This document shows, one piece after another, positions 30,747-40,128 of a DNA stretch of 64,000 nt. A program made the translations under genes and the position numbers. Source of the DNA: an uncultured Maricaulis sp. (GTDB taxonomy: Bacteria; Pseudomonadota; Alphaproteobacteria; Caulobacterales; Maricaulaceae); assembly GCA_965217205.1 (NCBI GenBank), contig OZ244254.1:2161493-2225492 (forward strand), written 5' to 3'. The notes beneath the pieces are model-generated. The model was not told the origin of the DNA, did no database searches, and saw only the letters and a list, made by a program, of their open reading frames with translations. The number at the start of each line of letters is the position of its first letter. The stretch's first letter is position 1.

Positions 30747-30849
30747 TCTCCCGGGTCGGTTCAAGGCCGTTGGCAATCAGGACCAGCGTGCCGAATCCGA
30801 TCGCGACGAGACCGGCGATAACCGCCACACCCACCAGAAAACCACGCAT
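30709..30849 (-). CDS. Small single-TM protein (46 aa; absent from the ORF track)
   Basis: Manual translation MRGFLVGVAVIAGLVAIGFGTLVLIANGLEPTRENVRVELEDDFPR; upstream AAGGAG. Confidence 0.7.
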   Translation of the reverse strand: MRGFLVGVAVIAGLVAIGFGTLVLIANGLEPTRENVRVELEDDFPR

Positions 30850-30956
30850 GAAACCGACTCCTTGACCCCGTGAAGACCCGCCTTCGCACTGCGGGTCGTA
30901 GCGCGCACGAGCCTAACCCTGATTGCGGCGATTTCCAGACCGTTTATACCGCTAGC

Positions 30957-31496
30957 ATGTCGTGCGTTCACAAACCGCAGAAATCGCTGGTCCTGATCGG
31001 CCTGATGGGGGTGGGAAAAACGACCGTTGGTCGCCGCCTCGCGCATGCGCTGAAGCTGGACTTCCGCGACGCCGATGAGGAGGTCGAACAGGCCGCCGGT
31101 CGCAGCGTGTCCGAGATCTTCGAGGATTTCGGCGAGGCCGCCTTTCGCGATGGCGAGCGCAAGGTGATCGCCCGCCTGCTCGAGGAACCGCCCATGGTTC
31201 TGGCCCTGGGGGGCGGCGCCTTTGTCGATCCGGAAACCCGCGCACGGGTAAAGGCCGAGGCGACTTCGATCTGGCTGCAGGCCGATGTCGAAACCCTGGT
31301 CAAACGCGTCTCCAAGCGCGATACCCGCCCGCTTTTGAGAGAAGACGATCCGGAAACCGTGCTGCGCGCCTTGCTCGACAAGCGTCAGGCCGCGTATGCA
31401 GAGGCCGACATCCATGTGGATGCCTCCGGCGGCTCGCACAATTTGACGCTGGATTTGATTTTGCGGGCGATTGAGGCCCGGGAGACGTCAGCGTGA
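30957..31496 (+). CDS. aroK: Shikimate kinase
   Basis: 'LIGLMGVGKTTVG' P-loop, 'FRDGER', 'LGGGAF'. Confidence 0.95.
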   Translation: MSCVHKPQKSLVLIGLMGVGKTTVGRRLAHALKLDFRDADEEVEQAAGRSVSEIFEDFGEAAFRDGERKVIARLLEEPPMVLALGGGAFVDPETRARVKAEATSIWLQADVETLVKRVSKRDTRPLLREDDPETVLRALLDKRQAAYAEADIHVDASGGSHNLTLDLILRAIEARETSA

Positions 31497-32596
31497 GCGA
31501 GATCTTGCGGGTCAATGTCGGTCTGGGTGAGCGCGCCTATGACGTGCTGGTCGGGTCCGGGGCCCTCGCGGCGGCAGGCGCTGAGCTGGGCGAGCGCTTT
31601 CCGCGGGGCCGGGCCATTCTGGTGACTGACCGCCATGTCGCCAACCTGCATCTCGAACGCGTCAGCGATCAGCTTGCCGGCCTTGGCCTGCGTGTCGATC
31701 CGATCATTGTCGAACCGGGCGAGACCTCGAAAAGCTGGGCCGGGCTGGAAAGCGTCGTCGACGCCCTGCTGGACCGCAATGTCGAACGCTCGGAAGCCAT
31801 CATTGCGCTGGGCGGCGGTGTTATTGGCGATCTGACGGGCTTTGCCGCCGCCGTGACCAAGCGCGGCGTGGACTTCATCCAGATTCCAACCACGCTATTG
31901 GCCCAGGTCGACAGCTCGGTCGGCGGCAAGACCGGTATCAATACGCGTCACGGCAAGAATTTCGCCGGTGCCTTCCATCAACCGCGCCTGGTGATCGCCG
32001 ACCGCGACTTGCTCGCCACCCTGCCCGATCGCGAACGCCGCGCCGGCTATGCCGAGATCGTCAAGGCGGCGTTGATCGGCGACGCCCCGCTCTTCGATCG
32101 CCTTGAAGCGGCGGGCAAGGACGTGCTCGACGGGGCCGCCCTGGACGCCGCCGTCGCCGCCGCCATCGCCTTCAAGGCCCGCATCGTCGCCGAGGATGAG
32201 CGTGAAGGCGGGGTCCGCGCCCTGCTCAATCTCGGTCATACATTCGGGCACGCCTTCGAAGCCGACGCCCCGAAAGACATGATCCGGCACGGGGAAGCCG
32301 TCGCGGTCGGCACCGCGCTGGCCTTTGCCTATTCCGCCCATCGCGGCGACTGCCCTGCGGTCGATGCCAACCGCGTGAGCGCCCATTTGCGCGCCGTCGG
32401 CCTGCCGGCCAGCCCGGCCGAGCTCGCCCATACCGATTGGGATGCCGCAAGCCTTGTTGACCGCATGCGAGACGACAAGAAAAACCGCGACGGTCGTATC
32501 ACCCTCATTCTCGCCCGCGCCATCGGCGATGCCTGGATTGACCCGGCCGCTGATGAAGCCGACCTTCTTGCCTTTATGGAGACCCAGCTCTCATGA
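31493..32596 (+). CDS. aroB: 3-dehydroquinate synthase
   Basis: 'ALGGGVIGDLTGF', 'PTTLLAQVDSSVGGKTGIN', 'LNLGHTFGHA'. Confidence 0.96.
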   Translation: MSEILRVNVGLGERAYDVLVGSGALAAAGAELGERFPRGRAILVTDRHVANLHLERVSDQLAGLGLRVDPIIVEPGETSKSWAGLESVVDALLDRNVERSEAIIALGGGVIGDLTGFAAAVTKRGVDFIQIPTTLLAQVDSSVGGKTGINTRHGKNFAGAFHQPRLVIADRDLLATLPDRERRAGYAEIVKAALIGDAPLFDRLEAAGKDVLDGAALDAAVAAAIAFKARIVAEDEREGGVRALLNLGHTFGHAFEADAPKDMIRHGEAVAVGTALAFAYSAHRGDCPAVDANRVSAHLRAVGLPASPAELAHTDWDAASLVDRMRDDKKNRDGRITLILARAIGDAWIDPAADEADLLAFMETQLS

Positions 32597-33879
32597 GCCT
32601 TGACTGGACGATTATCGGACCGGCCCTGACCATTGTCGGCCTGCTCCTTCTTTCAGCCTTCTTTTCCGGTTCCGAGACCTCGCTGACGGCGACCTCACGG
32701 GCCCGCATGCTGCAGCTGGAGCGTGACAAGAACCCGGCCGCGGCGCGGGTCAATATCCTGATCTCCGACGGGGAAGGCCTGCTCGGCTCTATCCTGCTCG
32801 GCAATAATCTCGTCAATATCCTGGCCTCGATGATCGCCGGGCAATTGTTCGAAACCCTGCTGGGCGGCAATAGCGTCGTCTGGGCGACACTGGTCATGAC
32901 CATCCTGGTCCTGGTCTTCGCCGAGGTCATGCCCAAGACCTATGCCCTGTCCAATCCGGAACGCTTTGCGCTCGCGGTTTCTCGCCCCATCCTGCTGGTC
33001 GTCCGCGTCTTTGCGCCCGTAGTCGGGGCCGTGCAATTCGTGGTGCGCAATGTGCTGCGCACTTTCGGTGCCAATGTCGACGGGCCGGTCCTGTCCTCGC
33101 ATGACGAATTGCGCGGCGCGATCGCCCTGCATCACGAAGAAGGCGGGGTGGTCAAGGATGACCGCGACATGCTCGGCGGCGTGCTCGACCTGCGTGACCT
33201 GACCGTCGACGACATCATGGTGCACCGCAAATCCATCCTGATGATCGACGCCGACAAACCCTCCGAGGCGATCGTCACCGAAGCCCTGCACTCACCGCAT
33301 ACGCGCCTGCCGATCTACAAGGGCGACACCGAGAATATCGTCGGCATTCTGCATGTCCGCGACATTGCCCGCGCCCTTCATGAGGCGGACGGCAATGCCT
33401 CGGTGATCGATATCGATGCCCTGCGCCGTGAGCCCTGGTTCGTACCGGAGACGACAGAAGTCCTCGACCAGCTCAATGCCTTCCGCGAAAAGCGCGAGCA
33501 CTTCGCCCTGGTCGTGGATGAGTATGGCGCCCTGATGGGTCTGGTGACGCTGGAAGATATTCTCGAGGAAATCGTCGGTGCCATCGAGGACGAGCACGAC
33601 GTCACCGTCGAAGGCATCCAGCCCGATGGCGATGCGGTGTGGATTGTGGATGGCACGCTGCCGATCCGCGATCTCAACCGGGCGCTGGACTGGGAATTGC
33701 CGGACGAAGAGGCTGTCACCATTGCCGGCCTCGTCATCCATGAAGCCCAGACCATCCCGGAACGCGGCCAGGTCTTCGGCTTCCATGGCGCCCGTTTCGA
33801 AGTCGTCGAACGCCGTCGCAACCAGATCACCAAACTGCGTGTCTCGGTCAGCCCGGATGATGTGGGAACGGGCGGTTAA
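32593..33879 (+). CDS. HlyC/CorC (CNNM, CBS, CorC) family transporter
   Basis: 'SAFFSGSETS', 'ILLGNNLVNI', 'FAEVMPKT', 'VVDEYG..GLVTLEDILEEIVG'. Confidence 0.92.
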   Translation: MSLDWTIIGPALTIVGLLLLSAFFSGSETSLTATSRARMLQLERDKNPAAARVNILISDGEGLLGSILLGNNLVNILASMIAGQLFETLLGGNSVVWATLVMTILVLVFAEVMPKTYALSNPERFALAVSRPILLVVRVFAPVVGAVQFVVRNVLRTFGANVDGPVLSSHDELRGAIALHHEEGGVVKDDRDMLGGVLDLRDLTVDDIMVHRKSILMIDADKPSEAIVTEALHSPHTRLPIYKGDTENIVGILHVRDIARALHEADGNASVIDIDALRREPWFVPETTEVLDQLNAFREKREHFALVVDEYGALMGLVTLEDILEEIVGAIEDEHDVTVEGIQPDGDAVWIVDGTLPIRDLNRALDWELPDEEAVTIAGLVIHEAQTIPERGQVFGFHGARFEVVERRRNQITKLRVSVSPDDVGTGG

Positions 33880-34685
33880 GCCGGCGACATCTCCGGCTGG
33901 GGCGCGATCTCCGCGTCGATCAGCTCGCGATACGCATCGCAGGTCCCGCGCGGCGTCTCGGACTCGACCACGTCCTGGCCCGCGCGGGCTTCTGCCACCA
34001 GATCGCCCAGCGCATCGGCGAACACGCTGGACAGGTCCATGACATCGGCCAAGTTGGTAAAAGCGTCAGGGCCGTCCAGGATGGTCGTGACGCCGCCGCC
34101 CGAAGCGAGATGGTTGCGCGACGCCCAGCGGATCGCGGCGACCTGACGGCCTTCGCGGTCGAGGATTTCCGCCTCGACACCCAGAGCCCCGATCCCCAGC
34201 GGGACGCGCGGATTGAGCGGACCCGGCACGGCCGCACCGAGAAGGCGCGAGACGCCGGTCGTCGCGACATTATTGCGGCGGATGCCACTGACGGATGCCA
34301 GGACCTCGCCATCAATCTCGACATCGGGCATCTCGCCGCTTTCACCCGCTTCTGTCGGCACCGGGCGAACATCAAAGCCGGCCCGCGCCAGGCGCTGGCA
34401 GACATCTTGTGACAATTGCCGCCGCACATCATCCAGCCGGGCCGGTGGGATATCGCCATCGATATCAGCTTGTGGGGCGATACTGACCGGCGGCAGATAG
34501 AGCACGCCCATCTCGGCCAGGGCGGCGCTGTCGGCATATTCCTCGACAGCCAGAAGCCGCCGCTCACCGGCCGCCAGACGCTCGGTCGAGGACAGGGTGG
34601 TGGGCGTCTCGAAACTGGTGCTGCAAGCTGTGCTGCCAGCGGCGACAAGCATTGGAAGCGCGAGCGTGCGCAAAGAGCGAAGCAT
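33876..34685 (-). CDS. Lipoprotein, DUF3313-like
   Basis: Lipobox-like 'STAC'; overall pattern resembles DUF3313 proteins. Confidence 0.55.
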   Translation of the reverse strand: MLRSLRTLALPMLVAAGSTACSTSFETPTTLSSTERLAAGERRLLAVEEYADSAALAEMGVLYLPPVSIAPQADIDGDIPPARLDDVRRQLSQDVCQRLARAGFDVRPVPTEAGESGEMPDVEIDGEVLASVSGIRRNNVATTGVSRLLGAAVPGPLNPRVPLGIGALGVEAEILDREGRQVAAIRWASRNHLASGGGVTTILDGPDAFTNLADVMDLSSVFADALGDLVAEARAGQDVVESETPRGTCDAYRELIDAEIAPQPEMSPA

Positions 34686-34745
34686 GTGTCAGTCCCCGAT
34701 TGCGAAGGCGCCGCCTCGCCTGACCCGGGACTTGGCACCTGTGGC

Positions 34746-35015
34746 TTATTCGGTGGAACCGCGCGCCCGGATCACCAGGGCATGGACCGGACCGGCCAGT
34801 TCCTCGGCGAGGGCCTCATTGACCAGCCGGTGACGCGCGACCCGGTTCAGGCCATCAAACCGGCTCGCGGCGATGTCTACGGTGAAATGGCTTTGACCGC
34901 CGGGCCGCGCACCGGCATGACCGGCATGCAGATGGCTGTCATCGGTCACCGTCAGGGTGGTCGGCGTGAAGGCTTTTTGCAGCTTGCTCTCGATCCGCGC
35001 GGCGACGTCGCCCAT
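34746..35015 (-). CDS. bolA: BolA-family protein
   Basis: 'DDSHLHAGHAG', 'SHF', 'RVARHRLVN..L', 'VHAL'. Confidence 0.93.
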   Translation of the reverse strand: MGDVAARIESKLQKAFTPTTLTVTDDSHLHAGHAGARPGGQSHFTVDIAASRFDGLNRVARHRLVNEALAEELAGPVHALVIRARGSTE

Positions 35016-35043
35016 ATTCACACCTCTTTGTTCATCGGCTTCA

Positions 35044-35072
35044 TTGCCGCTTTACTGACGCATGACCATAAT
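35044..35072 (+). promoter_or_regulatory. Sigma70-type promoter for the J-domain gene; likely near-leaderless transcript
   Basis: TTGCCG (35044-35049), 17 nt, CATAAT (35067-35072); ATG at 35081. Confidence 0.55.
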
Positions 35073-35080
35073 TGGGGATC

Positions 35081-35695
35081 ATGTCGGAAGCTTACAATTA
35101 CAAACCGCGGTTCAAAGACATCCGCATCAAGCCGCCCAAGGACGAGCCGGCGCCGGAAGAGCGTGTCTGCGAGTGGCCGGGCTGCCGCAAGCATGGCGAC
35201 AGCCGGGCGCCGAAGGCGAATGACCGGCTGAATGACTTTTACTGGTTCTGCCAGAGCCATGCCTCGGAATACAACAAGTCCTGGAATTTCTTCGAGGGCA
35301 TGGGCGAGCAGGCGGCCCAGTCCTTCCGTGAGAGCGCGGCCTATGGCCATCGCCCGACCTGGAATTGGCGCAATACGCATTCCGCCTCCGCCAAGGCTTC
35401 TCGCGCCAGTCGCGATTTCGCAGACGGGTTTAACGACCCTTTCGGCATGTTCGGCGACCGCAAGGACCCCCACAAGGAAGCTCCGCGGGAAAAATCCATG
35501 GGCCGACTGCAGACCAAGGCACTGGAAACCATGGCGCTGGATCCGGACGTGAAACCGTCCATCGTGCGCAAACGCTATGCCGAACTGGTCAAGCAATTCC
35601 ACCCGGACGCCAATGGCGGCGACCGTTCCAGCGAGGAGCAATTGGGCCGCGTGATCGCCGCCTATCAGATACTCAAGAGTGCCGGGATGGCCTGA
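35081..35695 (+). CDS. J-domain (DnaJ C-terminal type) protein
   Basis: 'CEWPGC', 'FCQSHASEYNKSWNFFEGM', 'HRPTW', 'FHPDANGG' (HPD); bolA-dnaJ-cobS synteny. Confidence 0.88.
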   Translation: MSEAYNYKPRFKDIRIKPPKDEPAPEERVCEWPGCRKHGDSRAPKANDRLNDFYWFCQSHASEYNKSWNFFEGMGEQAAQSFRESAAYGHRPTWNWRNTHSASAKASRASRDFADGFNDPFGMFGDRKDPHKEAPREKSMGRLQTKALETMALDPDVKPSIVRKRYAELVKQFHPDANGGDRSSEEQLGRVIAAYQILKSAGMA

Positions 35696-35795
35696 CGCCG
35701 CCGTCGGCGCTGAATTACAGCCACTTCATCACTGTGAAACACCGCAGCAATCCCGGATTTGCATGCTGCGCCATGTTTGGTTTGGGGAATGACAC

Positions 35796-36809
35796 ATGGT
35801 GGACTGTGGAGCGATCGCGGCGGCATTGCTGGCGCTGAATGCACAAGGGGGCACGGATTATGCCTGCAAGGCCAGCCCGGCGGGTCTCGCCGTGGCACGG
35901 GATGCAGACCAGGCCAATCACTATCTTGCCGCCCTGGACAGTGGTCACGCGGCCTTTGTCGCACAATTCGGCGAAACACCGGGTCCGGCCGCCATCATTC
36001 AGGGCAATCAGGCCCGCGCCGCGCTAGCCGGGCCGCTGGAAGCCGCTGGCTATGGACGTGTCCTGCCCTGGGTCGATGCGGTCGAGGAAGCACAGCGGCG
36101 GCGCGACCGCATCCGGGCCCAGATTGAAGACCAGGCTCCGGGTTTGCCGGAGGCGCAGCTGAATGCGCTCGTTGAACGCGCCCTGGGCGGCCAGGGCGCG
36201 ACGGACGAGCCACTCGATCCGGCCGTCGAGCAGGCCGCGATTGCCCACGAGCTTGGCCATCTCTGGTATATTGACGCCTTCTGGCCGGACGATCGCGATG
36301 CCCCGGCCCATTATGGCGGTCACGCGCCGGACTGGCTGGACGAGATGGCCGCAGTGGCCATGGAAGAGGGCCCCCTGCTGGAAACCCGGCGCGAACAATT
36401 GCGCGATGCCGACGGTGAAACCCCGATCGCCCTGGATGCCTTCCTCGCGATGGAACACCCGCTGGCCAGCCTCGGCCAGGCGGCGCGAGCCAATCTGGCC
36501 GATCGCAATAACTCAGCCGACACGGCAGCCAGCGGCGGGATGCAGGTCTTGCGACTGAGCGGCGAGGAGGCGGATGAGTTCCTCTCCCAGGCCGCCATCG
36601 ACCCCGGCAGCTATTACGTCATGGCACGCGGCTTTCTGGACTATCTCACCGCCCGGGCCGGTGCAGCGCCGCTGGGCGAGCTGTCCACCTGGATGCGAGG
36701 TGGTGGCACGATGGAAACCTGGCTGGCCGAACACGGTGCCGCCCATGGCCTGCCCTCGAATACCGACTTGCTGGTGGCCGATTGGCAGGTCTGGCTGGAC
36801 GGGGCGTGA
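35796..36809 (+). CDS. Exported hypothetical protein with HExxH zinc-peptidase-like motif
   Basis: 'IAHELGHLW' followed by 'PDWLDEMAA'. Confidence 0.6.
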   Translation: MVDCGAIAAALLALNAQGGTDYACKASPAGLAVARDADQANHYLAALDSGHAAFVAQFGETPGPAAIIQGNQARAALAGPLEAAGYGRVLPWVDAVEEAQRRRDRIRAQIEDQAPGLPEAQLNALVERALGGQGATDEPLDPAVEQAAIAHELGHLWYIDAFWPDDRDAPAHYGGHAPDWLDEMAAVAMEEGPLLETRREQLRDADGETPIALDAFLAMEHPLASLGQAARANLADRNNSADTAASGGMQVLRLSGEEADEFLSQAAIDPGSYYVMARGFLDYLTARAGAAPLGELSTWMRGGGTMETWLAEHGAAHGLPSNTDLLVADWQVWLDGA

Positions 36810-36894
36810 GTGCGAACCGGCGCGGTCGTCCTCCTAACCCTTTATTTGCCAACTGCGTAGAAGCTGTACGTGGGCAACGTATCGGGGCGACGTC

Positions 36895-37314
36895 ATGAGC
36901 AATGAGGACAAGGGTTTCGGCCCGGTTCGTATTATCGCGTTCGTGCTGGTCACCCTTCCCCTGCTTTATATGGGTCTCTGGTCCGCGATGATCATTGGCA
37001 CTTTCAGCGGTCTCTGGCGTCCGGTTCTGGGCGAGGTCGATGTCGGAACCGCGATTGCCCGGTCCGAACCGATCGAGATCATCGGGTTTGCCGTGATGAG
37101 CCTCGCCTGGCTGGCCGGTGTGGCCCTGCTGGCCCTGTCGCGGCGGGCTGCCGTCTACGCCCTGGCAGCGGGTTCGCTGGTTCATATCGCGGTGTGGCTG
37201 AAAATCACCGACGGACAGTATTATGCCGGCCAGTTCGGCATGATCATCATCATGCTGGAAATGCTGGCGATAACCCTCGCCCACTTTGTTACCCGCGGTC
37301 GCCGACTGATCTGA
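36895..37314 (+). CDS. Hypothetical membrane protein (about 4 TM)
   Basis: Four hydrophobic segments; fills the gap before cobS. Confidence 0.65.
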   Translation: MSNEDKGFGPVRIIAFVLVTLPLLYMGLWSAMIIGTFSGLWRPVLGEVDVGTAIARSEPIEIIGFAVMSLAWLAGVALLALSRRAAVYALAAGSLVHIAVWLKITDGQYYAGQFGMIIIMLEMLAITLAHFVTRGRRLI

Positions 37315-37433
37315 ATTGCTTGCAGCAACCGGCCTTGACTTGAAGGCGGTGCGGACGTGCGATACCTCCCATGTGTCCGATGATCACGCACCGCAGCAAA
37401 TGACGTGTGCGTCCAGCCATAAAGACCGGTTCG

Positions 37434-38420
37434 ATGAGCGATAATTTCCCCCTTGCCCTGCCCGACGCCAAAGCCGATTGCAAGGGGCTGTTCGGCTTTG
37501 ATCCGGGCTTCGAGGTGGCGATGTTCTCGACGCCGGACGAACACACGCCCATCCTGGACCCGGACTATGTTTTCGACCCGGCGACCACACGCGCCATCCT
37601 GTCGGGCTTTGCCTTCAATCGCCGCGTCATGGTCCAAGGCTATCACGGCACTGGCAAGTCGACCCATATCGAACAGGTCGCGGCGCGCCTCAACTGGCCG
37701 ATGGTCCGGGTCAATCTGGACAGCCATGTCAGCCGGATCGACATGGTCGGCAAGGACGCCATCGTCTTGAAGGATGGCAAGCAGATCACGGAATTCCAGG
37801 AAGGCATCCTGCCCTGGGCCCTTCAGCGCCCGGTCGCCCTCCTGTTTGATGAATACGATGCCGGCCGACCGGACGTGATGTTCGTGATTCAGCGCGTGCT
37901 GGAAGCCTCCGGCTCGCTGACCCTTTTGGATCAGACCAAGGTGATCCGGCCGCACCCCTCCTTCCGCCTGTTCGCGACCACAAACACGATCGGCCTGGGC
38001 GACACGACCGGCCTCTATCACGGCACCCAGCAGATCAACCAGGGCCAGATGGACCGCTGGTCTATCGTCGCCACGCTGAACTATCTGCCGCGCGAAACCG
38101 AAAACGCCATCGTGCTGGCCAAGATGAAAAAGCTGGCCGCCACCGAAGACGGCCGCAAACAGGTCGCCGACATGGTCAAGGTCGCCGACCTCACCCGCGA
38201 AGCGTTCATCAATGGCGATATCTCCACCGTGATGAGCCCGCGTACCGTTCTGACCTGGGCGGAAAACCAGGAAATCTTCGGCGATCTCGGCATGGCCTTC
38301 CGCCTCACTTTCCTGAACAAGTGCGACGAGCTGGAACGCCCGGTCATTGCCGAGATGTATCAGCGCGTCTTCGCCGAGGATTTGCCGGAAGCCCCGGTGA
38401 AGAGTGTCAGCGCGGCTTAG
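37434..38420 (+). CDS. cobS: CobS (MoxR-like AAA+ ATPase, annotated cobaltochelatase subunit)
   Basis: '[21 protein letters not shown]', '[17 protein letters not shown]', 'MSPRTV'. Confidence 0.96.
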   Translation: MSDNFPLALPDAKADCKGLFGFDPGFEVAMFSTPDEHTPILDPDYVFDPATTRAILSGFAFNRRVMVQGYHGTGKSTHIEQVAARLNWPMVRVNLDSHVSRIDMVGKDAIVLKDGKQITEFQEGILPWALQRPVALLFDEYDAGRPDVMFVIQRVLEASGSLTLLDQTKVIRPHPSFRLFATTNTIGLGDTTGLYHGTQQINQGQMDRWSIVATLNYLPRETENAIVLAKMKKLAATEDGRKQVADMVKVADLTREAFINGDISTVMSPRTVLTWAENQEIFGDLGMAFRLTFLNKCDELERPVIAEMYQRVFAEDLPEAPVKSVSAA

Positions 38421-38752
38421 CCCACGCTCTCATCGACTTCAGCCGCGATCACCACCAACTCGCCATCGCGGCGGGTCACGGTGACGATCAGTGCGGCGCC
38501 CGGCTGGAACAGCTCGATTTCCACGCCCTCATCGATCGCGAAGGGCATGACCATGGCGCCCATGCCCAGTTCCGGCATGGCTTCATGTCGCAGGAGCGTG
38601 GTGCGGGCCTCTGTGTCGACCGTGCGAACATCAGCGGAGACGATTGACTGCGCCATCGCTTCGGCATCGGCCATGGCGTGACCGCCATGATGGCCATGAT
38701 GATCAGCGGAGGCGGTGGCAAGCAGGAGGCTGGTGGCGAGAAGCGTGATCAT
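38417..38752 (-). CDS. CusF-like periplasmic copper-binding protein
   Basis: Signal peptide, His-rich 'HHGHHGGH', '[16 protein letters not shown]'. Confidence 0.8.
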   Translation of the reverse strand: MITLLATSLLLATASADHHGHHGGHAMADAEAMAQSIVSADVRTVDTEARTTLLRHEAMPELGMGAMVMPFAIDEGVEIELFQPGAALIVTVTRRDGELVVIAAEVDESVG

Positions 38753-40128
38753 GGGTGATGTCCTTGATGCGGGTTGGCGGAGGCCGGAGCCTCCGAAGCC
38801 GTCGTGTTGATGCCGTCGCGGCTGAGTTCGTCAGCACGAGCCAAGCGGGCCTCGCCCTCGGGATTGTCATACCAGCCCGGATCGCCATCGCCGGTGAGAC
38901 GGTCGCGGACTTTCAGGATGGTGAACATGCCGCCCATGGTGATGTAATCGCGCGGGCCGGGAGCCCCGACCATGGGCAGAGAGTTTTCCGGCACCGGCAT
39001 ATGGCCCATCTCGATGTGCTGGCCCATCTCGCCCATCCCGTCCTGGCCCATCGTCATATAGGTCGGCAGGAGGGCGCCGACGGCGCGGTCGATACGGCGG
39101 GCATTGACGCCGGTGAGATTGGGAATGCCATGGCCCATCTGGTTCATGACGTGATGGGTCATGTGGCAATGCATGGCCCAATCGCCCGGATTGTCGGCAA
39201 CGAAGTCGACTGTCCGCGTCGACCCCGTCGGCACCAGCACGGTGGTGTCGGGATGACGCGCCGAGACCGGGATCACGCCGCCATCGGTTTCCGTGATGGT
39301 GAAGGCATAGCCGTGCAGATGGATCGGATGATGATCCATCGCCGACAGATTTCCGAAACGGATCCGCACCCGTTCGCCGCGCTCGGCGATGAGCGGCGAA
39401 GTGCCGGGATAACAGCGCGCATTCATGGTCAGGATGTTGAAATCACCCATCGCGTTGGGATCGGGCCGCTCGGCACCGGGATGCAGCACCCATTCCGACA
39501 GCATGATCGCATAATCACGATCCGGGCGCGGACCGACCGGCTGGCGCGGATGAACCACGATCATCCCCATCATGCCCAGCGCCATCTGGGTCATCTCGTC
39601 ATGATGCGAGTGGTACATGAAGGTGCCGTGCTGGCGGAAGGTCCACTCATAGACGAAGGTCTCGCCGGGATGGATGGCACGCTGGTTGAGACCGCCCACC
39701 CCGTCCATGCCGGAGGGCAGGATGACGCCATGCCAGTGCACGGTCGTCGGTGCCGGCAGACGATTGGTGACATAGACCCGCACCCGGTCACCCTCGACGG
39801 CCTCGATTGTCGGCCCGTGCGTGCGGCCATTATAGCCCCAGGTCTTCGCATTGAGGCCCGGCGCGAAACTGTGCTCGACCTCTTCGGATATGAGGTGGAA
39901 GACCTTCACCCCGTCGACAATCCGGTAAGGCAAGGTCACACCGTCCGGTGTGACCACCGGCGTGTAGTCGCGGCCGGGCCGCCCCGGCGAATAGGTCCGG
40001 TCATGCGCAACTGAGGCGCTGTGGGCGCGCGGCGCAACCGGCTGAGCCGAGGCCGAACCGGTGGCCAGTCCGGTCGCGGCAAGGCCGGCAGACCCGGCGA
40101 GCAAGGCATCCCGTCTGGAAATTCCCAT
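38749..40128 (-). CDS. Tat-exported multicopper oxidase
   Basis: 'SRR' Tat signal; 'VHWHG', 'YHSH', 'HPIHLHG', 'HCHMTHH' copper ligands. Confidence 0.93.
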   Translation of the reverse strand: MGISRRDALLAGSAGLAATGLATGSASAQPVAPRAHSASVAHDRTYSPGRPGRDYTPVVTPDGVTLPYRIVDGVKVFHLISEEVEHSFAPGLNAKTWGYNGRTHGPTIEAVEGDRVRVYVTNRLPAPTTVHWHGVILPSGMDGVGGLNQRAIHPGETFVYEWTFRQHGTFMYHSHHDEMTQMALGMMGMIVVHPRQPVGPRPDRDYAIMLSEWVLHPGAERPDPNAMGDFNILTMNARCYPGTSPLIAERGERVRIRFGNLSAMDHHPIHLHGYAFTITETDGGVIPVSARHPDTTVLVPTGSTRTVDFVADNPGDWAMHCHMTHHVMNQMGHGIPNLTGVNARRIDRAVGALLPTYMTMGQDGMGEMGQHIEMGHMPVPENSLPMVGAPGPRDYITMGGMFTILKVRDRLTGDGDPGWYDNPEGEARLARADELSRDGINTTASEAPASANPHQGHHP

